Positions 13,457 to 28,050 are shown, counted from the stretch's first letter. The stretch: 64,000 nt of DNA from Paraspadella gotoi (GCA_051294375.1 CM119264.1:675611-739610); one strand, 5' to 3'. A program made the numbers and translations. Notes: generated by a model from the letters alone, not told the origin.

Positions 13457-14433
13457 ATGTCACACTTTGACCTCGTTTCACCGAGCCACGTTTTGCCTCC
13501 TTTTTGTTTTTGTTTTTGTTTTTGATGTGACTCTCCAGGTTCATTGAAGTCTATATTTTCTTTCACTCAATACGTAACGATTATTATCATTATCTCATCG
13601 AAGGTGGAATCGGAATCAAGAAACTGAATCGAAATCAAATCGGAATTAATTAGGAATCAAATATGAAGATAATTTATTTTATAGTATTATCTGGTCTCAG
13701 AGCTAAAGTCTTTTTTTTTTCTGAAGTGAATTTGAACGAGTTAATGAAATTTAAAACGAAACTTTTCCCCCCGATATGTTTTTATTAATATTATAATGTT
13801 TTTATTAATATTAATATTTTTTATTAATATAATTCGCCGTTTATCAATTAACAGTTTTTCGTTTAAATAATTCAATTAAAAAAAGAATAATTTTAGTTTG
13901 ATACTCATTGTATTATTCCTTTCTGTTTCGTTGAGTACAGAGATTAAGAAATAGTTTGAAATTTATTTCTTCAACGAATTCATAAAAACAAATTCGTTGA
14001 AGAAATAAATTTCAAACTATTTCTTAAAGTTTGATACTCGAATTTTTTTAAATATGATGATTGAAAGAATTTATTTGGATTAACTCTAGTTCTCGAAAAT
14101 AAAAACGATTAGTGATATCAAAGTTTCTATTATTTTCTTAGAATAATCAAAATAGAAAGAATTATTACTACTCTATTTGTCATCACTCATTAGTTAATAA
14201 ATATTATCAAAATTAGAAAAACGCCGTGCGAGAGACAGAGAGAAAAACCGAAAGAGAGAAATAAAGAGAGAGAGGGAGAGAGAGAAAGGGGGAAAGAGAG
14301 CAAAGGGAGAGAGAGAGAGAGAGAGTTTTTTTTCCTTTGACAAAATTGATGTTTTGGCGAATGTTTACCGCGAAGACTCCAACAAAGACGCTTGACATAA
14401 TCCTTTCCCCGCATTTCGAGGTCGGGGTACTCC

Positions 14434-14526
<93 letters not shown>

Positions 14527-14880
14527 AGGAAAATTCGATGAGAAACAAACAGGCCAAGGGCATTGACAGTCAGGCTCAGCGAGAAGAAGAAACAGAGAGA
14601 AACAAAAGGAAAATAAAAGAAAACAACATAGAAAAACAAAAGAGAACTAAAAGTAAACAACAGAGGAAAACAAAAGAGAAATAAAAGAAAACAACAGAGA
14701 CAAACAAAAGGTAAATAAAAGAAAACCACAGTAACAAACAAAAACGAAAAATTCCAACTTCAAGTTTTCGCCAAATGTTATCAAAATTCTAAATTCTCAA
14801 TCGATGATAATAACTTTTTGGCTCCGACGTTGGAATCTTTTTGAGAGATGATGTTAATAAGAAAGATTGAGAGGGAGACA

Positions 14881-15010
<130 letters not shown>

Positions 15011-17270
15011 ATAATTCGACAATAAATCAAAAGAGAGAAAATCAAAATAAAGAAAATTATTTGGGTAAGAATTTGTTTTATTTCAAGAAAAACATTGACG
15101 AAAAATTGTTAGTTTTATAAGAAAATTGTTATCTTTTGAATAAACGTTTTCTTGAAAGTACATTTGGTTAATTCATTAGAGGATTAGTGTTAGGGTTATG
15201 GTTAGGGGTTAGTGGTTAGGGTTAGGGTAAGAGATTAGGTTTTATTTTTGATAAAAGTGAAGGGATTTAAAACCGAAAATGATGAACTTTTAGAATTTTA
15301 ACAATCACTTTAACCATCACAACTACTCCAGGGGTGGGAGCCTATATCGACACAAAATTAAAAAAATATTACTCTAAAGCTCTTAATGATAATTAAAATC
15401 TATATAAATATTCGTATAGTCCTCTACCTTATCTCTTAGACGATATATTAATTGTTTTGAAACTCGTTCATATTAAGTTTTTTTTGATGCAGCAAGGGCA
15501 ACTGCTCGGTTTTCTCTGTTTTTCTCTTTATTTGTAAACTTATTGTTAAATCTTAATCTAATATATAAAAGTAAAAAGTATTTTTTAAAGTATTTATTTG
15601 TAGTAGAATAAGCTTCTGGCAAGGTGTAAATGGTATTTTGGTTAAAAAAATTTCAAGTAATTAGGTAAGATTTGGTTAAGTTACTGTTATGGTTTGAATT
15701 TTATTAAAACTTACTTTTATCAGGAAATTTATTAGGTAAGATTTATTAATGCATAATAAAGCGTCAAAAAGGTAAAAAATACATAAAGTATTTGATAATT
15801 TAAGCATATTCGTTATAATCTTCTTAAAATTTTGTTTTACTTACCTGAGAAAAAATTAAATAGGTTTAATTTGGATAGTGATGAAAAGCTTAAAATCAGG
15901 TAAATTTAACGACCACTGAAAGATATTAACAAATATAGTTGTTATTGTATGCAATACAATGCGCGCGTATAAAAATGACTAAATAAAGTATCGGAAAATA
16001 TAAAATATAGAGCCCAATTTTCACGTTAAAGGTCTTATGGTACCTTACCTTCCTTCCAAAAATGAACAAAATCTATGAAGTATTTCCCGAGTTATGAGCA
16101 TTTTTAACGTAAGTCGGACATACCGATGGACAGACGGACATACCGAGCGACCGACCGACCACAAAGTGCCTTATTGAGTTGCATGAATGGATAAGTAAAA
16201 TCCCATCGCTTTGTGTCTTTCATTGCTTCGACTTCTCTGTTTTTTTTGGCCGCTAGAGGGGATCGACCGCTGCGTTTCTCTCGTCACAGTTTGATTCAAA
16301 CAAAGGAACAGCGCGAAAGATTCCCCCCCAAAAAAAAGGAAAATTGGATTTTCTCTCAAGATTTTTTGCCCTTTTAGTTGCAACTCTATAAGTTACTTTT
16401 GGTCGGTCTGTCTGTCGGTCGGTCGGTTGGTCTGTCCGGTCGGTAAGTCTCTCCGTCGGTCTAATATAATTCGCCTGTAATTGGCTGTTCATTTGGTAAG
16501 ACAAGAAAAAACCTCAAATCAAAGTGACTGCTAGCGCCGCCTTCAGGAAATCCTAAAACTTTAAGTAATAAAAGACGGAATTTCGATGCAGTGTTTGTCA
16601 TAAATACATGGGTTAAGAAAGTTTTTTAGTCATGTCATGTCATGTCATGTCATATATCATGTGAAAATAAGGTCACTGCGGCGCAACGCATTGTTTTAGT
16701 TTTTTGTTATTTATTTCATTTTTTTGTCTTTATCTTTATTTTTTTTTAAAAAGGCACCGCAATGTTTTTACTATGTATGTTTTGCTTCGTTTCTCTCCTC
16801 TCTCTTTACTCTCTTTTTCGTTGTTTTGATCGGTTATCTTACCTTTTAACATTTTCTTTCTTTTCTTTTCTTTTCTTTTCTTTTCGTTTCTTTTCTTTTC
16901 TTTTCTTTTCTTTTCTTTTCTTTTCTTTTCTTTTCTTTTCTTTTCTTTTCTTTTCTTTTCTTTTCTTTTCTTTTCATTTGCGTTCCTTTCCAATCCTCTC
17001 CTTTCCTTTATTTTTTTCCTTTCCATTCATCTCTCCACCTCCTTTCTTTTTCTTTCAATCCTTTCCTTTCCCCTCCTCTCCTTTCCTCTCCTTTTTTTCC
17101 TTTCTTTTCCTTTCTTTTTATTTTCTTTTCTCTCCTTTTTTTCCTCTGTTTTTTTCTTGGTCACCCTACTTGTCTCTCACTTCTCGCTGGACTTTTCAAC
17201 ACCATTAGTCCAATTAAACTTCGATTTAATGATTCTTTACTCTTCTCCCTCTCCATATTTCCCTTTCCTC

Positions 17271-17380
17271 CACGCTTACCCACTGCCCCAACCACACTTA
17301 CCCACTGCCCCAACCACACTTACCCACTCTCCCAACCACACTTACCCACTCCCCTAACCACACTTACCCACTGCCCCCGC
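17271..17380. repeat. 22-bp minisatellite x5 abutting the exon 2 acceptor
   Basis: CACACTTACCCACTGCCCCAAC repeated five times with variants. Confidence 0.9.
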
Positions 17381-17388
17381 CACCACAG

Positions 17389-17526
17389 ATCCGTGATCGA
17401 GACCGTGGTTCCTGTGGGCGCGAAGATTGGATTCGACTGCACTGACAGATCGGATCGACCCGCGATTTGGCTCAGAGCGAAAGGAAACAAGTATCTGTCA
17501 TTTGGGAAGGACCCTTTCGACACCAG
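17389..17526 (+). CDS. IgSF protein exon 2 (Ig domain 1, strands A-C')
   Basis: cag|A TCC...ACC AG|gtaag. Translates SVIETVVPVGAKIGFDCTDRSDRPAIWLRAKGNKYLSFGKDPFDT, with the B-strand Cys and C-strand Trp. Confidence 0.9.
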
Positions 17527-17784
17527 GTAAGAATATGGGCACAAAAATTAATTAGTGCATATATCGAAACCCCCAACGGTAATATTAAGTTCAAGTATGA
17601 TGATATAAACAATTATTTTTTGGAAAATTGTTTAAATGCGAAAATAAATTTCAGTTGCAACAACAACAACGAAAATAAATATTATAAAGGCCAGAAATAT
17701 TGACCTGACTCGAGATCTAAAAATACTTTTTACTCTCTTTCTCTCCTTTTCCCACACACAAACTCCCGCCCCAACCGCACGCAG

Positions 17785-17909
17785 CATCAACTTGGAAAAA
17801 TTCGGATTCTACCAATCGGGAAATACTTACACATTGGTTTTGAAAAACGCGCAGCCCGAAGACGCGGGAACATTTAAATGTGGAAACCGCATCACCGCCG
17901 CTTTGACGG
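17785..17909 (+). CDS. IgSF protein exon 3 (Ig domain 1, strands D-G)
   Basis: gcag|C ATC...ACG G|gtaag. Translates INLEKFGFYQSGNTYTLVLKNAQPEDAGTFKCGNRITAALT, containing the V/I-set motif L-x-L-x-N-x-x-x-E-D-x-G-x-F-x-C. Phases 2/1 match both neighbours. Confidence 0.93.
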
Positions 17910-18361
17910 GTAAGATCTTTTGAGGTTGGAAATCAAAATCACATTTTAAAGAGGAACATAATCAAAGGACATGAATCTTCATTAAAATTAATCATGACTA
18001 AATATTTAGAGGAAAGAAAAAATAAAATAGAGGAAAGAAAAAATAAAATAGAGGAAAGAAACAAGAAAATAGAAGAAAGAAAAAAGAAAATAGAGGAAAG
18101 AAAAAGAAAATAGAGGAAAGAAAAAAGAAAAAAAAGGAAAGAAAAAAAAAAGAAAGGAAAGAAAAAAGAAAATAGAGGAAAGAAAAAAAAATAGAGGAAG
18201 GAAAAAGGAAAATAAAGGAAAGAAAAAAGAAAATAAAGGAAAGAAAAAGAAAATAGAGGAAAGAAAAAGAAAATAGAGGAAGAAAGAGGAAAATTGGGAA
18301 AAAAAAGAGTAGATAAATAAGGCAATAAACAATCCTAAGGAATGACAAATGGACGAGGAAA

Positions 18362-18437
<76 letters not shown>

Positions 18438-18621
18438 GAAATGGCAGAGATGGAGGGGAGAACATAAGAGACAGATAGATCAGAGAGAAAGAGATAAATA
18501 ACAATCTCTGTATGACCCGATTTCTGAATGAGGTTGAAATCTTCTTCGAATTCGATTCCATTTATGTCATCGTTAGTCGCTGGAGAGTTTCCATCCACCA
18601 TCAACGACCAGGCCAACTTTG

Positions 18622-18674
<53 letters not shown>

Positions 18675-18921
18675 GCCTCCTCATAGTCTCACATTTATCC
18701 ACAATTGTGATTATCTTTCTCCATTATTGTCCTTTAATATCTTCCCATTTTTTAAATCGGAATCTATTCTCTCACTTACCTTTTATTCAATTGTAACTAT
18801 TCTCTCTCTTTCGGCTCTCTTTTCCAAGATCGCCCCAAATCTAGCTAATTTTGAAATTAAGATGAAAAGGGGCGTTGTGAGAAAATAAGGCCTTCACGTG
18901 GTTCACCACCCCTTCTCATAT

Positions 18922-19028
<107 letters not shown>

Positions 19029-19057
19029 CGCTTCACCACTCCTTGCAACCCCCGCAG

Positions 19058-19164
19058 TGGTCTCCACTCCCGCTTGCACTCCTTGGAGCGACACTCAATT
19101 CTACGAAGATCAACCGACTGAAGTGACTTGCGAAGTCACGGCTCACGGTGAACACGTCCCTCAG
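19058..19164 (+). CDS. IgSF protein exon 4 (Ig domain 2, N-half)
   Basis: (CT)n tract then ccgcag|TG GTC...CCT CAG|gtgag. Translates [35 protein letters not shown]; phases 1/0. Confidence 0.9.
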
Positions 19165-19847
19165 GTGAGAGAGTGACAGATGGAGAGAGCGACAGCGGTG
19201 ATAGCGACTGCTGTGATAGCGACTGCTGTGATAGTGATGGAGGCTTTAGGCTTACTTAACCTGTACAAAGTAAGGGACAAAATAGCTTATTTAATGAATA
19301 TATATTATCATATTTTATATGATGATTGGAAAATTTTATACTAATTTCATGAATGTTTGTTGAATGAAAATGAATCCCCGGGAGACAATTTGGTAAAGCC
19401 TATAAATTTTTAAAAATGTAAAAAATATAAAAAAATTGTCAAAAATATCCAACTAATAAATGAACAAATAAATGAAAATAACGGATATTATACAAAAGTA
19501 CAAACAAAAGGACATCGTCCTCGTTCCTTTGGCGAACTCGCTTACTTAATCAAATTTATATCCTAATTAAAAATCAACGACATCATTTATCATTTTTAAA
19601 ATTTGTCCGCATTTATTTTCCTTTTTTCACTTATTTCACTTATTTCACTCATTTAGTCAAGAATAGCGTTAGATATATACAATTTTTGACTAGCATTTTA
19701 GTATTTCCGTAGGTTTTCATCGAATTGCAGTAAAATATAATTCATTTCTAGTGTAGAATGTAGACTGTTGAGATTTAATCATATAAATTGAAAATTCCAA
19801 ATCAGATTAATAATCAAAGTCGGAATAATTTAATTTGCACCTTTAAA

Positions 19848-19900
<53 letters not shown>

Positions 19901-20002
19901 CGATGATTTTCCAAACAAAGGAAATAATAAGAAGAAGGAAAGAATAAAACGACGAGGAGGAAGATAACGACAACGATAACGATGTCAACAAGGTGATGAA
20001 TG

Positions 20003-20047
<45 letters not shown>

Positions 20048-20869
20048 AGATGATAACAATGATATTAATCGCGGATGTGATTAACGTTTAATATTATATA
20101 TTATATATTTGTGAAAACTTTGTCAGTTGACTGTTTCTTTTTATGTACATACATACTTTTAAAGAAATGATTTTTTAGTTGTTTTTTGACGTATTTTATT
20201 AATAAAGCTTTTTTTTTTAAATGGGAAAGAGGCTTATCAAAATAAAATAATTTTAAAAAGGCGGACGACCTAGAGGTCAATTCAGAATTAAAATCGGTTT
20301 TAGATTAAAGATTTAGTTACGGATTAGGGATAAGTATTTAGTTAGGGATTAGGTTAAGGGGATTCGAGATGTCAGATAAAAAAATGGATTAGGTATAAGG
20401 TTAGGGTTAATGACCAAGTTGGTCATTAATGTCATCATCAACATCATCATCATCATCATCATCATCATCATAATCATCATCATCATCATTATAATCATCA
20501 TCATCAACATCAACATCAATATCATCAAGATTAACAAAGTCGTCTTCGTTGTTATGAGAAAAAATCATCGCCACCTTTTCCTTTTCCTCACCTCTTCCTC
20601 CCTCTCTCCTCTCCCTCCATCTCTCCACATCCTCTTCCTCCCTCTCTCCTCCTCCCTCTTCCTCCCTCTCTCCTCTTCCTCCTTCTTTCCTCCTCCCTCA
20701 TCCTCTTCCTCCTCTCTCCTCTCCTCCTTTCGTCCTCCTCTCTCCTCTTCCTCCTTCTTTCCTCCTCCCTCATCCTCTTCCTCCCTCTCTCCTCTTTCTC
20801 CCTCTTTCCTCTTCCTCTTCCTCCCTCTCTCTCCTCCTCCTGCTCCTCCTCTCTCCCTCTTCCTCCCTC

Positions 20870-21036
20870 TCTCCTCTCTTCCTTCCTCCCTTTCCTCTTC
20901 CCTCTCTAGCAAAGATAACAACGAGCATGAAACCTTTAGGCGCCACAATTTTCCACTTTTTTTTTACATTCAACAATTTTTTTTTCTGATTTCAATTTTT
21001 ATTCAAATTGGACCGTGGATATTCTTCTGGTGGCAA

Positions 21037-21116
<80 letters not shown>

Positions 21117-21199
21117 GCCCCCTGCTGAGAGGCAATTCAATGTGGCGGAAACAAAGAACAAGAATCCCCTTACTTCCCCTTCTCTCTCTTCTCTCTCTC

Positions 21200-21231
<32 letters not shown>

Positions 21232-21295
21232 CCCCCTCTCTCCCTCCCCCACTCCCTCCCGTTTCGCATCCAGAACGGGGTCTTTCATCGCAAAT

Positions 21296-21351
<56 letters not shown>

Positions 21352-22626
21352 ATACGTGATTAAGTGTATTGCTTCCCTTCCATTCCCCTAAATTTTCGGG
21401 GAAAGATTTTTCTTTTTTAGTGTTTTAAGAATCTTTTTGTCCAATGATGGTGGCTCTCTTCTCGAAAGCACCCTTTTATGTTCTCTACACCTGACCCCCA
21501 ATTTTAAACATTAATTACTTAATCTTGATCCTTAATATAATTTTTTACATTATCCCCTAAATTTGTTTTCACAATCAATAACCTTTACCATATGTCTTCG
21601 TTCACTCGTTGTTCCGATCAAGATTCTCTAAATTTCGCTTCTATGCTATTCTTATATCAATGTGGGCAGATTTCGAAGCTTTTCGTCTTTGGAAGCCAAC
21701 GGAGGTAGAGAGCGATCGAAATGCCCATTAGATCATGTCCAAAGATGGTATTTAAATCGACTGGTCAGGCCGTTTTTCCCTCTTCCCAAAAATTTGTCTG
21801 TAAATAGAAACTAAATTCGTATTAGTTATATTTTAGAAACATAATTGTTATGTCTAAAAGATAAAAAAATAAAGTTTAATTTGTTTCTATTTTTAATGCT
21901 TTCCAAAGAAAACAAATAAACTACTTGTTTTGGATCAAATTTGTATAGTCAAGTCAGTACCTTGTAAGAATGATAATTATAAAATTATCATTATATTATA
22001 TATTATATTTTGTGAGAATAGTACATATATGATAAAAACGGTTATAAAGAATAATAAAACCTAAACAAACAAAAAGCTCAAATTAGTTTCCCAAGGCCCA
22101 ATCCACAAGACCAATCCCTATGACCAATACCTAAGCCCAATTCTAAAGCCAAAATCCAAAGCCAAATCCCTAAGCAAATCGCAAAGCCCAATCCAAAATC
22201 TCAATCCCTTAACCCAATCCAAAGGCCCAATTCCATAGCCAATCCCCAAACCAAATCCAAAGACTATTCCAAAGCCCAATCCCAAAGCCCAATTTTTAAG
22301 CCAATTCCTAAGCCCATTATCGAAAAACCCAATTCCAAAGCCCATTCTCAAAGCCCAATCCCTAAGCCCAATCCATAAACCCAATTAAGCCCCATTCCCA
22401 AAGCCCCAATCCCTAGACAATCCCTAAGGCTCAATTCAAAGCTAGAAACACAAAGCCCAATCCCTAAGCCCAATTCAAAAGCCAAGTCTCAAAAACGCAA
22501 TCCTAATGCCCAATCTAAGCCCAATTCCTGAGCCAGAAACCCAAAGCCCACTCTTTCATCGAAACTCATTCATCATTGTCGACAACAATAAGCGAATAAA
22601 TAGTCTTACTCTCTCTCTCTATTCCC

Positions 22627-22706
<80 letters not shown>

Positions 22707-23321
22707 TCCACATCCATGAAGAATTTCTCTCCGCCTCGACTCCATTGGAGAACAACAACAACAACAACAACAACAAACAACAACAACAATTGAGTTTTTA
22801 ACGCTTTCTCGTTGATAGGAATCGACGGATGACGACGACGATAACGACGACGAAGACGACGATGACGACGGAAACAGTAGGGGCAAAAATCGAGGGGAAG
22901 GAAGCCAAAAAGTTGATTGCTTGATTGATTGATTGAGTGATTGATTGATTGAATCCAAAAAGGTTTGATTGATGACAAATGGACCTCGGGCGGGGCGGGG
23001 GTGGGGGGTTAGTATCAAAGGGGGGTATCAAAACGGTTGGGTTGTATGGAGGGAAGGTATATATATATACAGACAGGTATATATATATCCTTTAGACTTG
23101 GTTTTCCTTTTGAAATGATTTTATCTTTTATCGTGAGAGAATGAATGAATGAATGAATATAAACGAATACGGCCTTGGGCACGCCTATCTGCGGCCTATG
23201 TAGCCTTTTGGCTCAGATATTATATCGTTAAGCTTACGCATAACAACAGATGACTGTTCAACATTTAGATACCAAACATTAATTTAGATAACAATGAAAG
23301 AAGAAAGAAAGAGAAAAAAAT

Positions 23322-23378
<57 letters not shown>

Positions 23379-23501
23379 AGAGAGAAGAGAGAGAGGAGAG
23401 AAACATAGGAAATAGAGAGGGAAAGAAATATAAAAAAGAAACAAAAAAATATAAAGAAAGAAAGAAATAAAGAAAGAAAGTAAGAAAGAAGAAAGAAAGA
23501 G

Positions 23502-23560
<59 letters not shown>

Positions 23561-23610
23561 AAAAAAGAGTCGTTCTAAAACTCTGAAGACTAAAAGTAGG
23601 CCTAAGAAGT

Positions 23611-23675
<65 letters not shown>

Positions 23676-23953
23676 GAGATTCTAAAATTGGAGAGAGGGA
23701 GAATCGAAGCTCAATACGAATCGAGTCTGATCTCGAAAAAGAGATCTAATGAAAGAGAGGTTGAGAGAGGGGAGAGAAAGGTGAGAGATAAGGAGAGAGA
23801 AGATGAGAAGAAGAGAAGAAGTGTGAGATGAAAGAGATGAGATGAGATGAGATGAGATGAGATGAAAAAGTTGAGATGAGATGAAAAGAGATGAGATAAG
23901 AAGAGAGAAGAGCACCGGACGTCGGATTAATTTCGAGAAGACTGACATAGTTG

Positions 23954-24025
<72 letters not shown>

Positions 24026-24132
24026 GAAAGAGAGAGAGGAGAGAGAGAGAGAGAGATGAAGAGAGAGAAGAGAGAGAGAGAGAGAAAAGAGGGAGAGAAG
24101 AGAGAGAGAGAGAGAGGAGAAGAGAGAGAGAG

Positions 24133-24213
<81 letters not shown>

Positions 24214-24780
24214 GAAGAGAGAGAGAGAAAGTGAGTGGGCTTTATTCTCTTTTTTCCAGTTCTTTTAGTTATCTTTCTTTTTTTTTTCTTTTTTTCTTTT
24301 TTCTTTTTTCCTTCTCTTTTCTTTCTTCCCCTTTCCATCTCTATTTCCTCTCTTTTCCTTCCATTTTCTTTCTCCTTTTTTTCTTTCCTCCTTCACTTTC
24401 TTCACACTTCTTCCTATCCCCTTCCCCCTCTCCTTTCTCCCTTTTCTCCCTCTCTTTTCTCCACTTCTCTCTCCTTTCCTCCAACTTTTCTCCTTTCCTC
24501 CCTCTACCTCTTCCAATCTCTCACTGATTCGTTGACTGAAGACTTGAAAGACTTGAAGTACAACCGACTAGAATCGTTAATGACCGCAGGGAAGGGGGCA
24601 GGAAGTCTAAACCTGCCGACGGGTTGGTTTCGAGAGTGTTGTACCTAAATGGTGGTTCGAAGGGTGGATGGGGTGAATAGTGTCTGGTTTGAAGGTGAGA
24701 ACCGTTGGGAAAAGGGGGTTGAATGGACAAGGGGGGGGGGAGAAGGGAAACCGGAAATAAATGAGAGGGAAGAAGAAACA

Positions 24781-24849
<69 letters not shown>

Positions 24850-26648
24850 AGAGAGTCGGACAGTCCACCTGAGGCCGAAAGAAAGAAAAAATCTGATTTC
24901 TTTTATCTTAAGGATAGAAAAAAGTATAAAATTTAGATTTAAAAAAAATTCATAGTAAAAAATTAGAAAATAAACTTTTTAAATCTTAATAAGGGGTTTA
25001 CAAATAAATGAAATAAATAAATAAAATAAAATANNNNNNNNNNNNNNNNNNNNNNNNNCTTCCTCCCTCTCTCCTTCTTCCTTCCTCCCTTTCCTCTTCC
25101 CTCTCTACAAAGATAACACGAGACATGAAAACCTTTAGGCGCCACAATTTTCCACTTTTTTTTTACATTCAACAATTTTTTTTTCTGATTTCAATCTTTT
25201 ATTCAAATTGGNNNNNNNNNNNNNNNNNNNNNNNNNNNNNNNNNNNNNNNNNNNNNNNNNNNNNNNNNNNNNNNNNNNNNNNNNNNNNNNNNNNNNNNNN
25301 NNNNNNNNNNNNNNNNNNNNNNNNNNNNNNNNNNNNNNNNNNNNNNNNNNNNNNNNNNNNNNNNNNNNNNNNNNNNNNNNNNNNNNNNNNNNNNNNNNNN
25401 NNNNNNNNNNNNNNNNNNNNNNNNNNNNNNNNNNNNNNNNNNNNNNNNNNNNNNNNNNNNNNNNNNNNNNNNNNNNNNNNNNNNNNNNNNNNNNNNNNNN
25501 NNNNNNNNNNNNNNNNNNNNNNNNNNNNNNNNNNNNNNNNNNNNNNNNNNNNNNNNNNNNNNNNNNNNNNNNNNNNAGAGAGAGAGAGAGAGAGATAGTG
25601 ATTTAAGTGTATTGCTTCCCTTCCATTTCCCCTAAATTTTCGGGGAAAAGATTTTTCTTTTTTAGGTTTTGAAGAATCTTTTTGTCCAATGATGGTGGCT
25701 CTCTTCTCCGAAAGCACCCCTTTATGTTCCTCTACACCTGACCCCAATTTTAACATTAATACTTAATCTTGATCCTTAATTATAATTTTTTACATTATCC
25801 CCTAAATTTGTTTTCACAATCACTAACCTTTACCATATGTCTTCGTTCAACTCGTTGTTCCGATCAAGATTCCTCTAAATTTCGCTTCTATGCTATTCTT
25901 ATATCAATGTGGGCAGATTTCGAAAGCTTTTCGTCTTTGGAAGCCAACGGAGGTAGAGAGCGATCGAAATGCCCATTAGATCATGTCCAAAGATGGTATT
26001 TAAATCGACTGGTCAGGCCGTTTTTCCCTCTTCCCCTTTTGTAAAATAGAACTAAACATTCGTATTAGTTATATTTTAGAAACATAATTGTTATGTCTAA
26101 AAGATAAAACAAATAAAGTTTAAATTTGTTTCTATTTTTAATGCTTTCCAAAGAAAACAAATAAACTACTTGTTTTGGATCAAATTTGTATAGTCAAGTC
26201 AGTACCTTGTAAGAATGATAATTATAAAATTATCATTATATTATATAATTATATTTTGGTGAGAATAGTACATATATGATAAAAACGGTTATAAAGAATA
26301 ATAAAACCTAAACAAACAAAAAGCTCAAATCGTAAGCCTATTCCCAAAGCCCAATCCCAAAGACCAATCCCTATGACCAATACCTAAGCCCAATTCTAAA
26401 GCCAGAAATCCAAAGCCAAATCCCTAAGCCCAATCGCAAAGCCCAATCCAAAATCTCAATCCCTTAACCCAATCCAAAGGCCCAATTCCATAGCCCAATC
26501 CCCAAACCAAATCCCAAAGACTATTCCCAAAGCCCAATCCCAAAGCCCAATTTTTAAGCCCAATTCCTAAGCCCATTATCAAAACCCAATTCCAAAGCCC
26601 ATTCTCAAAGCCCAATCCCTAAGCCCAATCCATAAACCCAATTAAGCC
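20870..26648 (+). repeat. Direct duplication 20870-22390 / 25059-26648, plus noisy inverted copy of 24230-24930 at 26750-27585
   Basis: Near-identical text with indel noise, bounded by N gaps at 25034-25058 and 26649-26748. Confidence 0.85.
22090..22550. repeat. Degenerate 12-13-bp minisatellite (AAGCCCAATCCC)n
   Basis: Many degenerate units; duplicated at 26333-26648, with a related 12-mer x4 at 873-920. Confidence 0.8.
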
Positions 26649-28050
26649 NNNNNNNNNNNNNNNNNNNNNNNNNNNNNNNNNNNNNNNNNNNNNNNNNNNN
26701 NNNNNNNNNNNNNNNNNNNNNNNNNNNNNNNNNNNNNNNNNNNNNNNNCTTCTCAATTATACCCTTTTTCTAATCCTTAATTTAAAATAAAAATCCAGAA
26801 ATTTTTCTTTATTTCGCCTCAGGCTGAGAACTGTCCAGACTCTCGTCTCGTCCTCTCACTCATCTCTCTCTCCTCCTCTCCTCCTTCTCACTCTCTCTCC
26901 ATCTCCTCTCTCTCCATCTGTTCTCTTCTCACCTCTCAGTATTCTCCGTTTCCCTCTCCCCCCCCTTCGGGTCATTCAACCCCCCTTCTTTCTAACGCTC
27001 GACCTTCAAAACCAGACACTTATTCACTCCCCATCCACCCCTTCGAACCACCATTAGGTACACCCATCTCGAACCCAACCGAGCTCGTCGGCAGCGTTTA
27101 GACTTCCTGCCGCTGCGCCTTCAGGCACGCATGGTCAATTAAACGAATCTAGTCCGTTTGTAACTACAAGTTTCTTCAGTCTTTACAGATCCAACGAATT
27201 CAGTGGAGAGTTATAGGGAAGAGTAGAGGGAGGAAAGGACGGAAACAGTGGAGGAAAGGAGAAGAGAGGAGAAAGGAAAGGAGAGAAAGTGGAGGAAAGC
27301 AGAGAGAAGGGGGAAGAAGAGGAAAAGAGGATTGGAAAAGGAAGTGTGAAGAAGTGGAAAGGAGGAAGAAAAAAAAGGAGAAGAAATCGGAAGGAAGAGA
27401 GAAGGAAATAGAAGAACGGAAGTGGGAATGAAGGAGAAAAGGGAGAGAAAGGGAAAGAGGAAGGAAAAAGAACACACGAAACAGAAAGAAAAGTAAGAAA
27501 ATAAAAAAAAACAATATACGAACTGAAAAGAGAAAAGAGAAAAAAGAAAGCCAAATAAAAGAAAGAAAATGAAAGAGACACACACCCTTTAAAAAAAATT
27601 CATTGTAAAAAATTAGAAAATAAACTTTAAATCTTAATAAAGAAATATTTAGTTGTACGTAATAAAGTCAATACAATACAATAATTGAACCGTATGTTTT
27701 AATTCCAAGCTAACAATTGAAATACCAAAACTAGATAGAATAAAATAAAATAAAATAAAATAAAACAAGATATGGAAGAATATTTTAAACATGTTCGAGT
27801 GAGTTAAGTATTTATTTAATTATAATACTGGATAAACGGTAAATAATGATTCGTTTGTATGTATAAGTCCCATAATTTTCTAAACATTATTAAGGAAAGT
27901 GAATATTGGATGATTTTTAAACCTCTTCTCAAGTTTTGTTCATCCGTTAATCAGGTATTATCATTTATCAAATATTTAAATCAGTTAAATATGTTTAAAT
28001 TGGTTCCAGTGAGATTCGAGAGTATTATATAGTATTATATAGTTTTATTA

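Noticed and set aside
15180-15240. True telomere or chromosome-fusion site
   Set aside because: Short, degenerate TTAGGG-like runs recur at many intronic sites and are often inside TIR elements.
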